The notes under the pieces were generated by a model. That model had not been told where the DNA came from. It did not search any database and was given only the letters and a program-made list of their open reading frames with translations. From Thermodesulfobacteriota bacterium (GTDB lineage: Bacteria; Desulfobacterota; Desulfarculia; JACQYL01), in contig CAXXLZ010000001.1 in assembly GCA_963675595.2 (NCBI GenBank), positions 224,001 to 288,000 on the forward strand: a stretch of DNA of 64,000 nucleotides, read 5' to 3'. The translations under genes were made by a program, and so were the position numbers. Below, one piece after another: positions 9,866 through 19,440 of the stretch (positions within the stretch are counted from its first letter, which is position 1; every line of letters begins with the position of its first letter).

Positions 9866-10611
9866 CAGTGCCCTCCCAGATAGACCCGCTGCACATCGTC
9901 GTTGTTGTGGATTTCGGTCGGCGTGCCTTCGGCGAGGATGGACCCGTTGTGAAGTACGGTGATGGAGTTGGATATCCCCATCACTACGCTCATGTCGTGT
10001 TCCACGATCACGATGGTAAGAGTTTCCGCCAGTTTCTGCACTAGTTTCACCGTGTCCTGCGTTTCGGCCGGCGTCATGCCCGCGGTGGGTTCGTCGAGCA
10101 GTAAGATTTCCGGGTCCGTGGCCAATGTGATGCCTATCTCCAGGTATCGCTGGTCCCCGTAAGGCAGGTTGGCCGCCACCGCATCCTTCTTCTGCGTCAG
10201 ACCCACCTGATCGAGGATATTACGGGTCTTCTCGTTCACCTCGGGAAGTCGGTCATACCGTTTCCACAGGTTGTATCGCGTTACTCTCATCTGGGCGGCC
10301 AGGCGTACGTTTTCAAAGACCGACAGCTTTGGAAAAATGCTGGTGATCTGCTGGGATTTGGTGAGTCCCAGGCGGCAAACCCGATATTGGGGCAGGCTGG
10401 TGATATCGCGACCGTGGTACAGAATGCGCCCCGCGGTGGGCTTGAATACACCCGCCAACAAGTTGAAGAAGGTGGTTTTCCCCGCTCCGTTAGGGCCGAT
10501 AATGGACCGAATCTCTCCCTTGGGCAGCCGGAAGTTCACTTGGTGAACCGCCTTGATCCCGCCGAAATCCTTTTCCAATCCCCGGGTTTCTAAAACAATT
10601 TCTTGAGCCAC
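9865..10611 (-). CDS. Liv-type ABC transporter ATP-binding protein (LivG-like)
   Basis: GPNGAGKTT, LPYGDQRYLEI, LLLDEPTAGM and VQRVYLG. Confidence 0.93.
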   Translation of the reverse strand: MAQEIVLETRGLEKDFGGIKAVHQVNFRLPKGEIRSIIGPNGAGKTTFFNLLAGVFKPTAGRILYHGRDITSLPQYRVCRLGLTKSQQITSIFPKLSVFENVRLAAQMRVTRYNLWKRYDRLPEVNEKTRNILDQVGLTQKKDAVAANLPYGDQRYLEIGITLATDPEILLLDEPTAGMTPAETQDTVKLVQKLAETLTIVIVEHDMSVVMGISNSITVLHNGSILAEGTPTEIHNNDDVQRVYLGGH

Positions 10612-11567
10612 ATCGCCACCTTGCCGCTTTCCCGCCCGCCTTCCGCATTCAGGCGTTCCTTGATGCTTCCCAGAATTCCCTCGGGAAAGGTCAGAATCAG
10701 AAATACCACCATTGCGCCCACGAACACTTCCCAGCGGGGAGTGTACACACTTACCGTGTCTTCGAAGAAAATAAAGATACCCGCCCCCAGCAGGGGACCG
10801 AAGAAGGTATGCATCCCGCCCAGAAGCGTCATGACCAAAGGACGCCCCGAATTAAGCCAGAAAAACGAATCGAGAGGCACATACCCCAAGTTCACCGTGT
10901 ACAATGCCCCGGCCATTCCGGAGAAAAGACCGGAAACGGTAAAGGCCAGAATTTTGATCGACACGTTGTCGTAACCACAGGCCTTGAGCCGTTGTTCGTT
11001 TTCTTTCAGGCCTTGCAGGAGTGATCCGAAAGGGGAGTTCAGAATGTGGTGCATGATCAGAATGCAGACGAGGGTCAGAAACAACACGAAGAAGAACAAG
11101 TTGTGAGGGTCGCCCAGATTCAGGTGGAAAGGAAAGCGCAGTTCGAGCAATGGGATTCCTTTCAGACCGTCTTCTCCGCCGGTAATGTGTTTCAAGGGCG
11201 AAAGGGCCAGGAAGTAAAACATCTGTGCAAAGGCCGCGATGAGAAGTGCGAAATAGACCCCCCGTTTCTTAACGCACATCGCCCCTAAAACGAGAGCCCC
11301 CAAAGAGGCGGCGGTCAAACCCCAGGCCAGGGATATCCACACGCTCGCGTCGAAATAGCGCAGGGCCATACCCGCGCCATAGGCTCCCAGACCGAAGAAC
11401 GCCGCGTGACCGAAGGAAAGCACTCCTGCGAAGCCGAGGGCCACGTTGAACCCCATGGCATAGAGACCGAAAATAAGAATGTCCGTGGCTGTGGACACGG
11501 ATATCCACAGCGGCAGGGTCAGAAGGATCACCCCGACTAAGACGATGTTAAGATATTCTTTGAGCAT
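10590..11567 (-). CDS. Liv-type ABC transporter permease (LivM-like)
   Basis: LSFGHAAFFGLGAY, GVYFAL, GGEDG, SPFG and FPEGILG. Confidence 0.93.
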   Translation of the reverse strand: MLKEYLNIVLVGVILLTLPLWISVSTATDILIFGLYAMGFNVALGFAGVLSFGHAAFFGLGAYGAGMALRYFDASVWISLAWGLTAASLGALVLGAMCVKKRGVYFALLIAAFAQMFYFLALSPLKHITGGEDGLKGIPLLELRFPFHLNLGDPHNLFFFVLFLTLVCILIMHHILNSPFGSLLQGLKENEQRLKACGYDNVSIKILAFTVSGLFSGMAGALYTVNLGYVPLDSFFWLNSGRPLVMTLLGGMHTFFGPLLGAGIFIFFEDTVSVYTPRWEVFVGAMVVFLILTFPEGILGSIKERLNAEGGRESGKVAMWLKKLF

Positions 11568-11609
11568 GATTCCTTGCCCATCGGTTTGTTGCGCGGCGTT
11601 ACCGCGGTT

Positions 11610-12494
11610 CTATTCCCTGCCGATTTCGCCCATGAGCCCACGTGGTCGGGCAAGGAGAATGACGGCCATGACCAGGTAGATGACGACGTCGGCATATTCT
11701 CCGGCAAAGAGACTGGTGAAGGACACCACCTGACCGATAATGATTCCGCCCACAATGGCTCCGCCCAGACTGCCCAGTCCGCCCACGACGGTGACCACGA
11801 AACTCTGGAGAATCATGTTCAACCCCATGTCCGGCTCCACGGCCACCATGGGCGCCGCCACGCCGCCCCCCAAGGCGGCCAGGCCGATGCCGATGGTGAA
11901 GCCCACGGTGAGCACCCTCGAGACGTTTACGCCCAAAGCGTCCACCATCAACTTGTCCGTGGTGCTCGCCCTGAGGATCATGCCGAGGCTGCTTTTCTTG
12001 AGGAACAGGAACAACGCGGCCATGGCCACCGCGGTCACGACGATGACAAACATGCGGTACTTCGGAATAATGAGGCCCCAGAACATGAAGCTGCCCGAAA
12101 GACCTTCGGGATAATTCACCGGCATGGCCATCAGGCCGTAGAGGATTTTCACGACATCCGGAACGGCCACGGAGAGCCCGAAAGTCAGGAGCAGCGGATA
12201 GAGTGGGTTGCCCGTTTTGTATAAAGGCCGGAGCAGTCCCATTTCCGTGAGAGCCCCCAGACCCGCGACCAAGGGAACCGCCAAAATCAGCCCGATCCAG
12301 AAGTTTCCTACCAGCATGTTGATTTGGAACAGCGCAAAGGCGCCCAGCATGTAGAAAACGCCGTGGGCGAAGTTTACCACGTCCATCAGGCCGTAAATCA
12401 TGGAGAGTCCGCTTGCCAACAAGATGAACACGGCTCCCAGGGCCAATCCGATGACGGCTTGCATGACCAGGATATTGAAGGGAATATCGAACAT
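11610..12494 (-). CDS. Liv-type ABC transporter permease (LivH-like)
   Basis: GLSMIYGLMDVVNFAHG, VVGGLGS and RPRGLMG. Confidence 0.93.
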   Translation of the reverse strand: MFDIPFNILVMQAVIGLALGAVFILLASGLSMIYGLMDVVNFAHGVFYMLGAFALFQINMLVGNFWIGLILAVPLVAGLGALTEMGLLRPLYKTGNPLYPLLLTFGLSVAVPDVVKILYGLMAMPVNYPEGLSGSFMFWGLIIPKYRMFVIVVTAVAMAALFLFLKKSSLGMILRASTTDKLMVDALGVNVSRVLTVGFTIGIGLAALGGGVAAPMVAVEPDMGLNMILQSFVVTVVGGLGSLGGAIVGGIIIGQVVSFTSLFAGEYADVVIYLVMAVILLARPRGLMGEIGRE

Positions 12495-12633
12495 GATTTC
12501 TCTCAGCTCGGCGACCCGTTCTTCGGAACCCGCACCCGGGCGCCGGCCGCTCCGTTATGGATTTCTGTGTCGGTATGGGGGCGACGGGAACGGCGGCGAC
12601 CCGACATTGGAGGCCGCCGCCGAAACTCGGTCG

Positions 12634-13866
12634 TTACCTCGGCAGAGGAATCTCGGCATTGGGCAGGTCTTTCTTGGCCTGCTCACAGTCCCGCATGATG
12701 TCTTCAGCCGGTATTTCGGCTACGATCTTGGCGACTTTCCAATCCTTGGCATCCTTGCCGAGTCCCTGCAGCACCAGATAGCTTTCAGCACGCTGATGGT
12801 TGCATTTCTGGTAATATTCCTCGCCCTTGGTGAACGAGTATTTTCCGTCTTCGAGGGCCTTGATCACGGCATCCGCTTCCACGGTTCCAGCCCGCTTCAC
12901 GGCATCGGCCAACGCCATGATCTGGTGGAAGCCGGACTCGCCGTCCTGACGGGGCGGCCGACCATATGCCGCGGTGAACGCGTCCACGAACTTCTTGGCC
13001 GAGGGATACTTGTCGGCGAGTTCCCAATAGAAGTCCACGCCGCCGTAGATGTTTTCATCGTACAGAGGATACACTTCCTTCATGGTCAGGATGGTGGTCT
13101 TGCTGCACACGATGGGAATTCTGCCCACGATACCGAGCTCGTAAGCCTGCTTGATGGCCGCGTTTTGATCTCTGCCCAGGTTGTTGAACACGATGAAGTC
13201 GGGGTTGGCCGCCATGATGCGCGGCAGAAAGGCGGAGAAATCTTTCGTGCCCAAGGGAGCGTAAACATTACCCAGGAAGGTGCCGCCGTGTTTTTCGCTC
13301 GAATAGATCCAGCCCTGCAACAGGCGTTGGCCCCAACGGTAATCGGCGGTGAGAGCGAACCATTTCTTGCCCAGATTCTTGAACGCATACTGGGACATGG
13401 CCTGCACCGCCATGAACGGGGTCACCATGCCGGAAAATCCATATACGCTGATATCTTCACCGGTGACCATGTCCGATTGCGGGAACCCCATATAGATGAT
13501 CTTGTTCTTTCCGGCGAATTCGTTGAGCACCTTGGAAACGGCGCCGGAAAGTGAGCCTGCCAGGAAGTCGACCTTCTCTTCGAAGACGAGTTCTTTCGCT
13601 TTTCTGAGCGCTACGCCGCCATTGAGCTGCGAGTCGCGCACCACGATTTCCAGTTTCTTGCCCAAAAGGCCGCCCTCGTCATTGATCATCTTGGCGGCAA
13701 GCTCGGCGCCTTTCTGTTGGTCGTCTCCCAAGGCCGCGTACGGACCGGTAAGAGGCAGAATGGCCCCCACCTTGATCGTATCGGCCGCATGGGCCTGTAC
13801 CGCAAAAAGCATACATACGGCCAACGCAAGCGTGATACGAAACATGGACTTCCCCATCGTTTTCAT
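12634..13866 (-). CDS. Liv-type ABC transporter substrate-binding protein (PBP1 family)
   Basis: Signal peptide ...AVQAHA, IKVGAILPLTGPYA, GGLLGKKLE, ADYRWG and PLGTKDFS; AGAGGAGGAG RBS. Confidence 0.92.
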   Translation of the reverse strand: MKTMGKSMFRITLALAVCMLFAVQAHAADTIKVGAILPLTGPYAALGDDQQKGAELAAKMINDEGGLLGKKLEIVVRDSQLNGGVALRKAKELVFEEKVDFLAGSLSGAVSKVLNEFAGKNKIIYMGFPQSDMVTGEDISVYGFSGMVTPFMAVQAMSQYAFKNLGKKWFALTADYRWGQRLLQGWIYSSEKHGGTFLGNVYAPLGTKDFSAFLPRIMAANPDFIVFNNLGRDQNAAIKQAYELGIVGRIPIVCSKTTILTMKEVYPLYDENIYGGVDFYWELADKYPSAKKFVDAFTAAYGRPPRQDGESGFHQIMALADAVKRAGTVEADAVIKALEDGKYSFTKGEEYYQKCNHQRAESYLVLQGLGKDAKDWKVAKIVAEIPAEDIMRDCEQAKKDLPNAEIPLPR

Positions 13867-13922
13867 GCATCTCCTCCTCTGTTGAAATCGGTTAATAACA
13901 GCGGAAAAACCGCCGACTCCTC

Positions 13923-14687
13923 CTATTTGATGGTCCAGCCTCCGTCCACCAGCAGCACGTGACCGGTGACGATGGCCGAGAAGTCGCACACCAGATACAG
14001 GACGGCGTGGGCGACTTCCTCTTCCGTGGCCATGCGGCCCAATGGGATGCTGTCCAGCACATAGCGCTTGAAGGACTCGTCTTTGAACATTTCGGTCACG
14101 AAGGGGGTTTGCACAAAGGTGGGAGCCACCGCGTTGACCGAGATGCCGTGAGGGGCCCATTCAAGGGCGAGCACTTTGGTCAGTTGGTCCACACCCGCTT
14201 TGCTCGAACAGTATGCCGCGCGCAAAGGGATGGCCACCGTGCCGGTCTGGGATGAAATGTTCACGATGCGACCGTATTTTTGTCGGATCATGTGCCTCCC
14301 GGCGGCCTGGCAGACAAAGAACAGCGAACGCAGATTGATGTTCAACACCGCGTCCCAGTTCTCGGGTGTGACGTCTTCCGCTTTTTGAGGACGATTGATG
14401 CCCATGGCGTTGACGAGCACATCCAGTCGCCCCATGCATCGGACCGCCTCGTCGACCAGACGCGCGGGCTCGCCCTCGGCGGTCAGGTCGACGGCCAAGT
14501 GCCCACAGTCGGCACCCAAGGCCTTGATCTCCCGCTCCACGGATTGAAGTTTCTCTTCGCTGGTCCCGGAAATGAACAGGGCTGCGCCGGCTCGCGCCAA
14601 AAGGAGGGCCGTCGCTTTGCCGATGCCTCCGCTTGCCCCGCAGACCAGGGCACGCTTCCCTTCCAAATCGAATTCCGGTTTCTTCAT
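13923..14687 (-). CDS. Short-chain dehydrogenase/reductase (classical SDR)
   Basis: CGASGGIG, VNAMG, NISS, YCSSK and VDGGWT. Start overlaps the upstream stop (ATGA). Confidence 0.93.
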   Translation of the reverse strand: MKKPEFDLEGKRALVCGASGGIGKATALLLARAGAALFISGTSEEKLQSVEREIKALGADCGHLAVDLTAEGEPARLVDEAVRCMGRLDVLVNAMGINRPQKAEDVTPENWDAVLNINLRSLFFVCQAAGRHMIRQKYGRIVNISSQTGTVAIPLRAAYCSSKAGVDQLTKVLALEWAPHGISVNAVAPTFVQTPFVTEMFKDESFKRYVLDSIPLGRMATEEEVAHAVLYLVCDFSAIVTGHVLLVDGGWTIK

Positions 14688-15955
14688 CGCCCGTATTTCT
14701 CCACCCGTACTTTGCAGCTGATGCCGTGGCCCAGCATGTTTTCGTAATTGCACGCCCGTTCACAAACCTCGGCGATCTTGTACGAAGCGTCTTTGGCGGC
14801 GTACTGGTAGGTCACCGTCTTGACGAATTTGCCCACGGACAGGCCGCCGGTGTAACGCGCCGCCTTCATGGTGGGCAGTACGTGGTTGGTGCCGATGGTT
14901 TTGTCGCCGTAGGCCACCGTGGTCTCCTCACCGCAGAACATGGAACCGTAATTCCTGCAGTTGTCCAGATAGTAGCGCCAATCCTGGGTCTGAACCTCCA
15001 AGTGCTCGGGAGCCCAGTCGTCGCTGAGTTGCACCGCTTCGTCCCTCGATTCGGCCACGATCACCTCGCCGTTGTCATTCCACGCCGGCTCCGCGATTTC
15101 CCGGGTCGGCAGCACTTTCAACTGCTTTTCGAGCTCGGCCATGCATTTCCGGGCCATGTCGGAGGAAAGGGTGATCAGGCACTGACGGGCGTTGGGATCG
15201 TGTTCTGCCTGCCCCAAGATGTCCGCGGCCACGATGTACGGGTCGGCGTAATCGTCGGCGATGACCAGGATTTCCGTAGGGCCGGCCAGGAGATCGATGC
15301 CCACGTCGCCGAAGAGCTGCCGCTTGGCTTCGGCCACGTACTTGTTCCCCGCTCCCACCACCATGTCCACCGGGTCCAGACCTTCCATGCCGCAGGCAAG
15401 CGCCGCCAGAGCGTGAACTCCGCCCATGCAATAGATCTCGTCAGCGCCGCCGGCCGCCATGGAATAGAGCGTGGCCGGATACATGCCTTGGCCCTTCACG
15501 GGAGGAGTGCACGAAACCACTCTCGAGACGCCGGCCACTTTGGGCGTGATTACCGTCATATGCGCGGAAGCCAGCATGGGGTATCGCCCCCCGGGCACAT
15601 AGGAGCCACTGGATTCGACCGGGATGATCTTCTGGCCGAGAAAGACCCCGGGCATGGTTTCCACTTCAAAGTCCACCAGACGTTTCATCTGTTCGGAGGC
15701 GAAGTTTCGAATCTGCTTCTGGCAAAATTCGATGTCCTCCACCATGCGGGGAGCCAGCTTGTCTTTGGCCGCACTGATTTCGTCATGGGATATTTTGAAG
15801 CTCTTGGGGGTCCATCCGTCGAATTTTTCGGAGTAGAACCGGACCGCGGCTTCTCCTTCACTTCGTACCCTGTCGATGATTTCAGCCACGGTGTCCCGCA
15901 CCGCGGTGAGGTCTTCCTTGGGTTTTTGCTTTGCCTGCTTAAGATGTTCAGCCAT
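14684..15955 (-). CDS. Histidinol dehydrogenase homologue (non-biosynthetic HisD2/HpsN-like clade)
   Basis: YVPGGRYPMLASAHM, GGVHA, GNKYVAEAKR, AGPTE, QAEH, APEHL and YGDKTIGTNHVLPT. Has GDK rather than canonical GDY, and a catabolic context. Confidence 0.88.
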   Translation of the reverse strand: MAEHLKQAKQKPKEDLTAVRDTVAEIIDRVRSEGEAAVRFYSEKFDGWTPKSFKISHDEISAAKDKLAPRMVEDIEFCQKQIRNFASEQMKRLVDFEVETMPGVFLGQKIIPVESSGSYVPGGRYPMLASAHMTVITPKVAGVSRVVSCTPPVKGQGMYPATLYSMAAGGADEIYCMGGVHALAALACGMEGLDPVDMVVGAGNKYVAEAKRQLFGDVGIDLLAGPTEILVIADDYADPYIVAADILGQAEHDPNARQCLITLSSDMARKCMAELEKQLKVLPTREIAEPAWNDNGEVIVAESRDEAVQLSDDWAPEHLEVQTQDWRYYLDNCRNYGSMFCGEETTVAYGDKTIGTNHVLPTMKAARYTGGLSVGKFVKTVTYQYAAKDASYKIAEVCERACNYENMLGHGISCKVRVEKYGR

Positions 15956-16021
15956 GTTTATCTCCCTGTTTTGGGCGGTGTCTCCCTTGGGTGAACAAGG
16001 AAGAAAACAGTTCGCCGCCCG

Positions 16022-16723
16022 CTATGCTTCCGACAGAACGGCCACCGCCCTCATGGGGGAACCGGTGCCCCCGCGTATCTTCAAGGGCAGGCCGATAAAG
16101 GTGAAACGCTTGCCCACCAACTTGTCCAGGTTGCAGAGGTTTTCGATATGCGTCACCCCGCGTTCGGCGCAGACGCTGTGGCACGGGTAGGTCTTGTCGT
16201 ACCACATGTCCGGACTGGGGGAGTCCACGCCGAAGTTGACCGCCCCCTGGTCGATGATGAATTCGGTGGCTTCCCGATCCAGCCCGGGAAAGTCCGTCAT
16301 GTATTCGGGCTTTCCGTAAAAACGGTCATAGTGGGCCGTGTAGAAGAGGACCGTGTCCCCGGGAAGAATTTTTTGACCGTATTTGGCCAGCTCATCCTCG
16401 ATCTTCTTTCTCCCGAATTGGGTCTTACGTTCCACGTCGCTCACGTCGACGCACACTCCGGGAGTGATGCACTTCTCAAGGGCGAGCTGATCAATGGATT
16501 CGGCGTTGGGATCGCTCGAAAGATGGCTCACCGAATCGATGTGGGTGGGCCCGTGATCGCAGATCAAAATGCCCCTGGTCTCGTAGGAGAAGCCGGTACC
16601 CAGTTGCTTCCGACACTCCTCGTGAGACAAGTGCGTCCAGATCACGGTCTTCAAATGACCCGGATACACAGGCATGCCCGAATAAATCTCCTGCGAAAGA
16701 TCGATTATTTTCCCCTCAAACAA
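16022..16723 (-). CDS. Cyclase family metal-dependent hydrolase (kynurenine formamidase-like)
   Basis: IIDLS, HGPTHIDSVSH (variant of HxGTHxDxPxH), GVDSPSPD, IENLCNL and PLKIRGGTGSPMRA. Confidence 0.92.
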   Translation of the reverse strand: MFEGKIIDLSQEIYSGMPVYPGHLKTVIWTHLSHEECRKQLGTGFSYETRGILICDHGPTHIDSVSHLSSDPNAESIDQLALEKCITPGVCVDVSDVERKTQFGRKKIEDELAKYGQKILPGDTVLFYTAHYDRFYGKPEYMTDFPGLDREATEFIIDQGAVNFGVDSPSPDMWYDKTYPCHSVCAERGVTHIENLCNLDKLVGKRFTFIGLPLKIRGGTGSPMRAVAVLSEA

Positions 16724-17801
16724 TGTTTCCTCCCGACATTTTGGGCTGCATCATCCGCCCGGTTTCCGAGCGGTAGCCCTTTTGATGGTACCCGCAGGTC
16801 TTGCGAACAACCAGTTCGGGTTCCAAAGTCACTTGGTACGGTTTACTGTAACCACGGCGTTTGCCGACTTTATCGATGATTCGTTGGGCCGCCAGCACTC
16901 CCATTTCTACGGAATGCTGTTCAATGGTCGTCATTTCGACGGTGCGCAGGGAGGTGGCTTCCACGTTGTTGAATCCCACCAAGGCCATGTCTTCCGGCAC
17001 GGAGAGACCCGCGTCCAGAAGGGCTTCGAACGCTCCCATGGCCATGTCGTCGTTGCATGAAAAAATCGCGGTGGGGCGTTCTTCGGTCGGTAATCCCAGA
17101 AAGTAATTGGTGGCCAGATATCCGCACGCGCTGAAGTAGTCGCCCTCGAAAAAAAGGTTGCGGTTGATGGGAAGCCCGTAGGTCTTCATGGCCCGTACCG
17201 CGCCTTTAAAACGTTCCAGTCCGGTGGATGTGTTCCGGGGGCCCCTGATGACGGCGATGCGCAGGTGACCCAGCTTGATGAGATGCTCCACCGCCATGAA
17301 ACCGCCTTTGACGTTGTCCACAATGACGTAGTCCATTTCAGGACAGGAATAGATTCTGCGAAGCACGGAGACCGTGGGGAAGCCTTCGCGGGCCAGCCGA
17401 GTGAGGTGCGGATCGTCGATCAACCCGCAGGAGGCGATGAGTCCGTCGATCCCCCGAGCCCTCATGTTCTCGATCTTCTTTCCCTCGATTTCGAGGTCGT
17501 CGAAGGTCGAGATGATGTTCAAGGAGAGTTCGGTGTGTTGAAGGACTTCCTCAACCCCGAGGCCGATCTCGGGAAAAATGGGATTCTTGGTGTTGGTGAT
17601 GAGCAGGGCCACGGAATCGGAGTGCCGGCTCACCAGGGACCGGGCCACCAGGTTGGGAGTGAAGTTCAGCTCTCGGGCCACCCGGAGTACTCGGTACCGG
17701 GTTTCCTTGGAGATTCCCGGTTTGCCGTTGAGCACCAGCGATACCGTGCTCGGCGAAACGTGAGCGATGCGCGCGATGTCTTTGATGGTGATTCGGCTCA
17801 T
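16716..17801 (-). CDS. LacI family transcriptional regulator
   Basis: ITIKDIARIAHVSPSTVSLVLNG HTH, FTPNLVARSL hinge and a C-terminal sugar-binding domain. Confidence 0.96.
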   Translation of the reverse strand: MSRITIKDIARIAHVSPSTVSLVLNGKPGISKETRYRVLRVARELNFTPNLVARSLVSRHSDSVALLITNTKNPIFPEIGLGVEEVLQHTELSLNIISTFDDLEIEGKKIENMRARGIDGLIASCGLIDDPHLTRLAREGFPTVSVLRRIYSCPEMDYVIVDNVKGGFMAVEHLIKLGHLRIAVIRGPRNTSTGLERFKGAVRAMKTYGLPINRNLFFEGDYFSACGYLATNYFLGLPTEERPTAIFSCNDDMAMGAFEALLDAGLSVPEDMALVGFNNVEATSLRTVEMTTIEQHSVEMGVLAAQRIIDKVGKRRGYSKPYQVTLEPELVVRKTCGYHQKGYRSETGRMMQPKMSGGNIV

Positions 17802-17850
17802 TCCATTTACTCGCAGACCGGTGGTGTCGTGATTCGTGCCGGGGTCAAAC

Positions 17851-17875
17851 TAAAACGATTTACTAAAACGTTTTA
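17851..17875. promoter_or_regulatory. Tandem LacI-type operators
   Basis: Perfect palindrome TAAAACGTTTTA (17864-17875) with central CG, next to the near copy TAAAACGATTTA (17851-17862), 50-75 bp upstream of the LacI gene. Confidence 0.7.
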
Positions 17876-17925
17876 ACTCTTTAGTCGATTCGTCGCATTC
17901 GGGTCAAGAACTTTTTGCTTAATCT

Positions 17926-17938
17926 TAACTAATTGATA
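17926..17938 (-). promoter_or_regulatory. IHF-consensus site
   Basis: Reverse complement TATCAATTAGTTA matches WATCARNNNNTTR in the AT-rich divergent intergenic region. Confidence 0.4.
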
Positions 17939-18294
17939 TCTAAACATGTTTTGTGTGATTTGCGAAGGAGAAGCGTTTCTTTTACGATGACTGCAGGGCC
18001 GGTGGACGTTCACTTGGATCTCATGATTTCGCATTCGTCCCGGATATCGGGAGAGGGGCCTCATCTGTCTCGTTGTCCTGAAAAAGGAGCTTTCCCGTCT
18101 CCTTGCGAAGAGCGCCGTTTCTTTCCGCCGCGACAGCCGGGTGAAGACATGGGGAGGGGGTCCGAGTTGTATTCATGCCGCCCGTTCGGTTAAGATACGG
18201 AGCTTCAGTAATCGGCGCATTGGGCGAGCGGGATCGGACACGGGTTCTTGGGACCGCTGGACAAACACAACATCAGAGCTATGAGGAGTCGGGA

Positions 18295-19167
18295 ATGAGC
18301 AGCAGATCGTGGATCGTAACGGCCTTTCGAAGAATCGGGCTCCTAATGGCGGTGCTGAGCACCGTTTGCCTGTTTATGAGCGGCATGGGGTATGCCGAGC
18401 TGGAATGGATGCCCGGCAAGGGCTTCGATTTGGGAGAGACGCCGCTGGACCTGGCGGTATCCCCGGACGGACAATGGGTATTCGTCCTCTCCAAAGGGAT
18501 GTTGACGGTCTATTCGGAAAGCGACGGCAGCGTGATCGGCCGGACTCCGGTGGACCTGGACTTCGACCGTATCAGCATTTCTCCCAGGGATAACAGGGTC
18601 GTTCTGGCCGGCGGTGAGAAGGGCAAGGTACGGTTCATCGACGTGAGCGAGGTCTACTCGTTTGATCTTTCGGGACTGGCCTACAAGGGAGCGAAGGACG
18701 CCGAGGTGCCCATCGTGGTTTTCTCGGACTATCAGTGTCCGTATTGCGCCAAAATGGGTCCTTTGTTGGATCAGGTACTCCGGAAGCATCCCAAGCAGGT
18801 CAAGGTGGTTTATAAGAGTTTTCCTCTCGGCATGCATCAGTTCGCAAAACAGGCGGCCGAAGCCGCCTTGGCCGCGAACAAGCAGGGAAAATTCTGGGAG
18901 TTCCATGATGAGCTTTACAAGAATCTCCGCAGCCTTTCCAATCAGAAGATCGATGAGATCGCCAAAGAACTCGGGCTGAATATGGATCAGTTTCATCAGG
19001 ACATGAAGTCCGAGGAAGTCCGGAAGCTGATCTTGCGGGATCTGGAGGAAGGACGCCTGGCCAAAGTTCGAGGGACGCCCACAATTTTCGTCGGAGGCAG
19101 GCTTCTCAGACAAAGATCTCCGCAAGGATTCGATCAGCTGATTCAAGCCGCGCTCCAAAAGAAATAG
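18295..19167 (+). CDS. DsbA/thioredoxin-4 family oxidoreductase with N-terminal beta-propeller-like segment
   Basis: Signal peptide, PLDLAVSPDGQWVFVL blades, FSDYQCPYC, FPLGMH, QGKFWEFHD and VRGTPT. Confidence 0.88.
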   Translation: MSSRSWIVTAFRRIGLLMAVLSTVCLFMSGMGYAELEWMPGKGFDLGETPLDLAVSPDGQWVFVLSKGMLTVYSESDGSVIGRTPVDLDFDRISISPRDNRVVLAGGEKGKVRFIDVSEVYSFDLSGLAYKGAKDAEVPIVVFSDYQCPYCAKMGPLLDQVLRKHPKQVKVVYKSFPLGMHQFAKQAAEAALAANKQGKFWEFHDELYKNLRSLSNQKIDEIAKELGLNMDQFHQDMKSEEVRKLILRDLEEGRLAKVRGTPTIFVGGRLLRQRSPQGFDQLIQAALQKK

Positions 19168-19293
19168 CCATCATTGGAGGAGAAACCCGACTTTCGGGTT
19201 TCTCCGATTCCATCCCCTTCGTACTCGGGTCGGACGCCGGTTCTCCGGAGACGGGCGCGGCGGCCGGACCCTCCTCTCGTTGATCGGCGGCCT

Positions 19294-19354
19294 CCTCTCG
19301 TTCCCAAGTTCAACTTGGGAACGAGAGGGGTAGTTCAACTTGGGAACGAGAGGG
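19294..19354. repeat. REP-like perfect inverted repeat with partial tandem duplication
   Basis: CCTCTCGTTCCCAAGTT (19294-19310), C, AACTTGGGAACGAGAGG (19312-19328) form a 17-bp perfect inverted repeat. A 23-bp direct repeat lies at 19307-19329 and 19332-19354. Confidence 0.75.
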
Positions 19355-19440
19355 AATCGCCTGTTTCAACCGTCCGTTGTCAGGGTGTGACGGCGCTCTC
19401 ACGCATAGAATCCTTCTCTTTTTTTTTCATCCCGGAGACC

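Noticed and set aside
14684-15955. Calling this gene hisD or hpsN
   Set aside because: Motifs differ from both as I recall them and the context is catabolic. hisF is 6 kb away in a different operon.
19270-19354. Repeat cluster as a mini CRISPR array
   Set aside because: No unique spacers, only two partial copies, and no cas genes.
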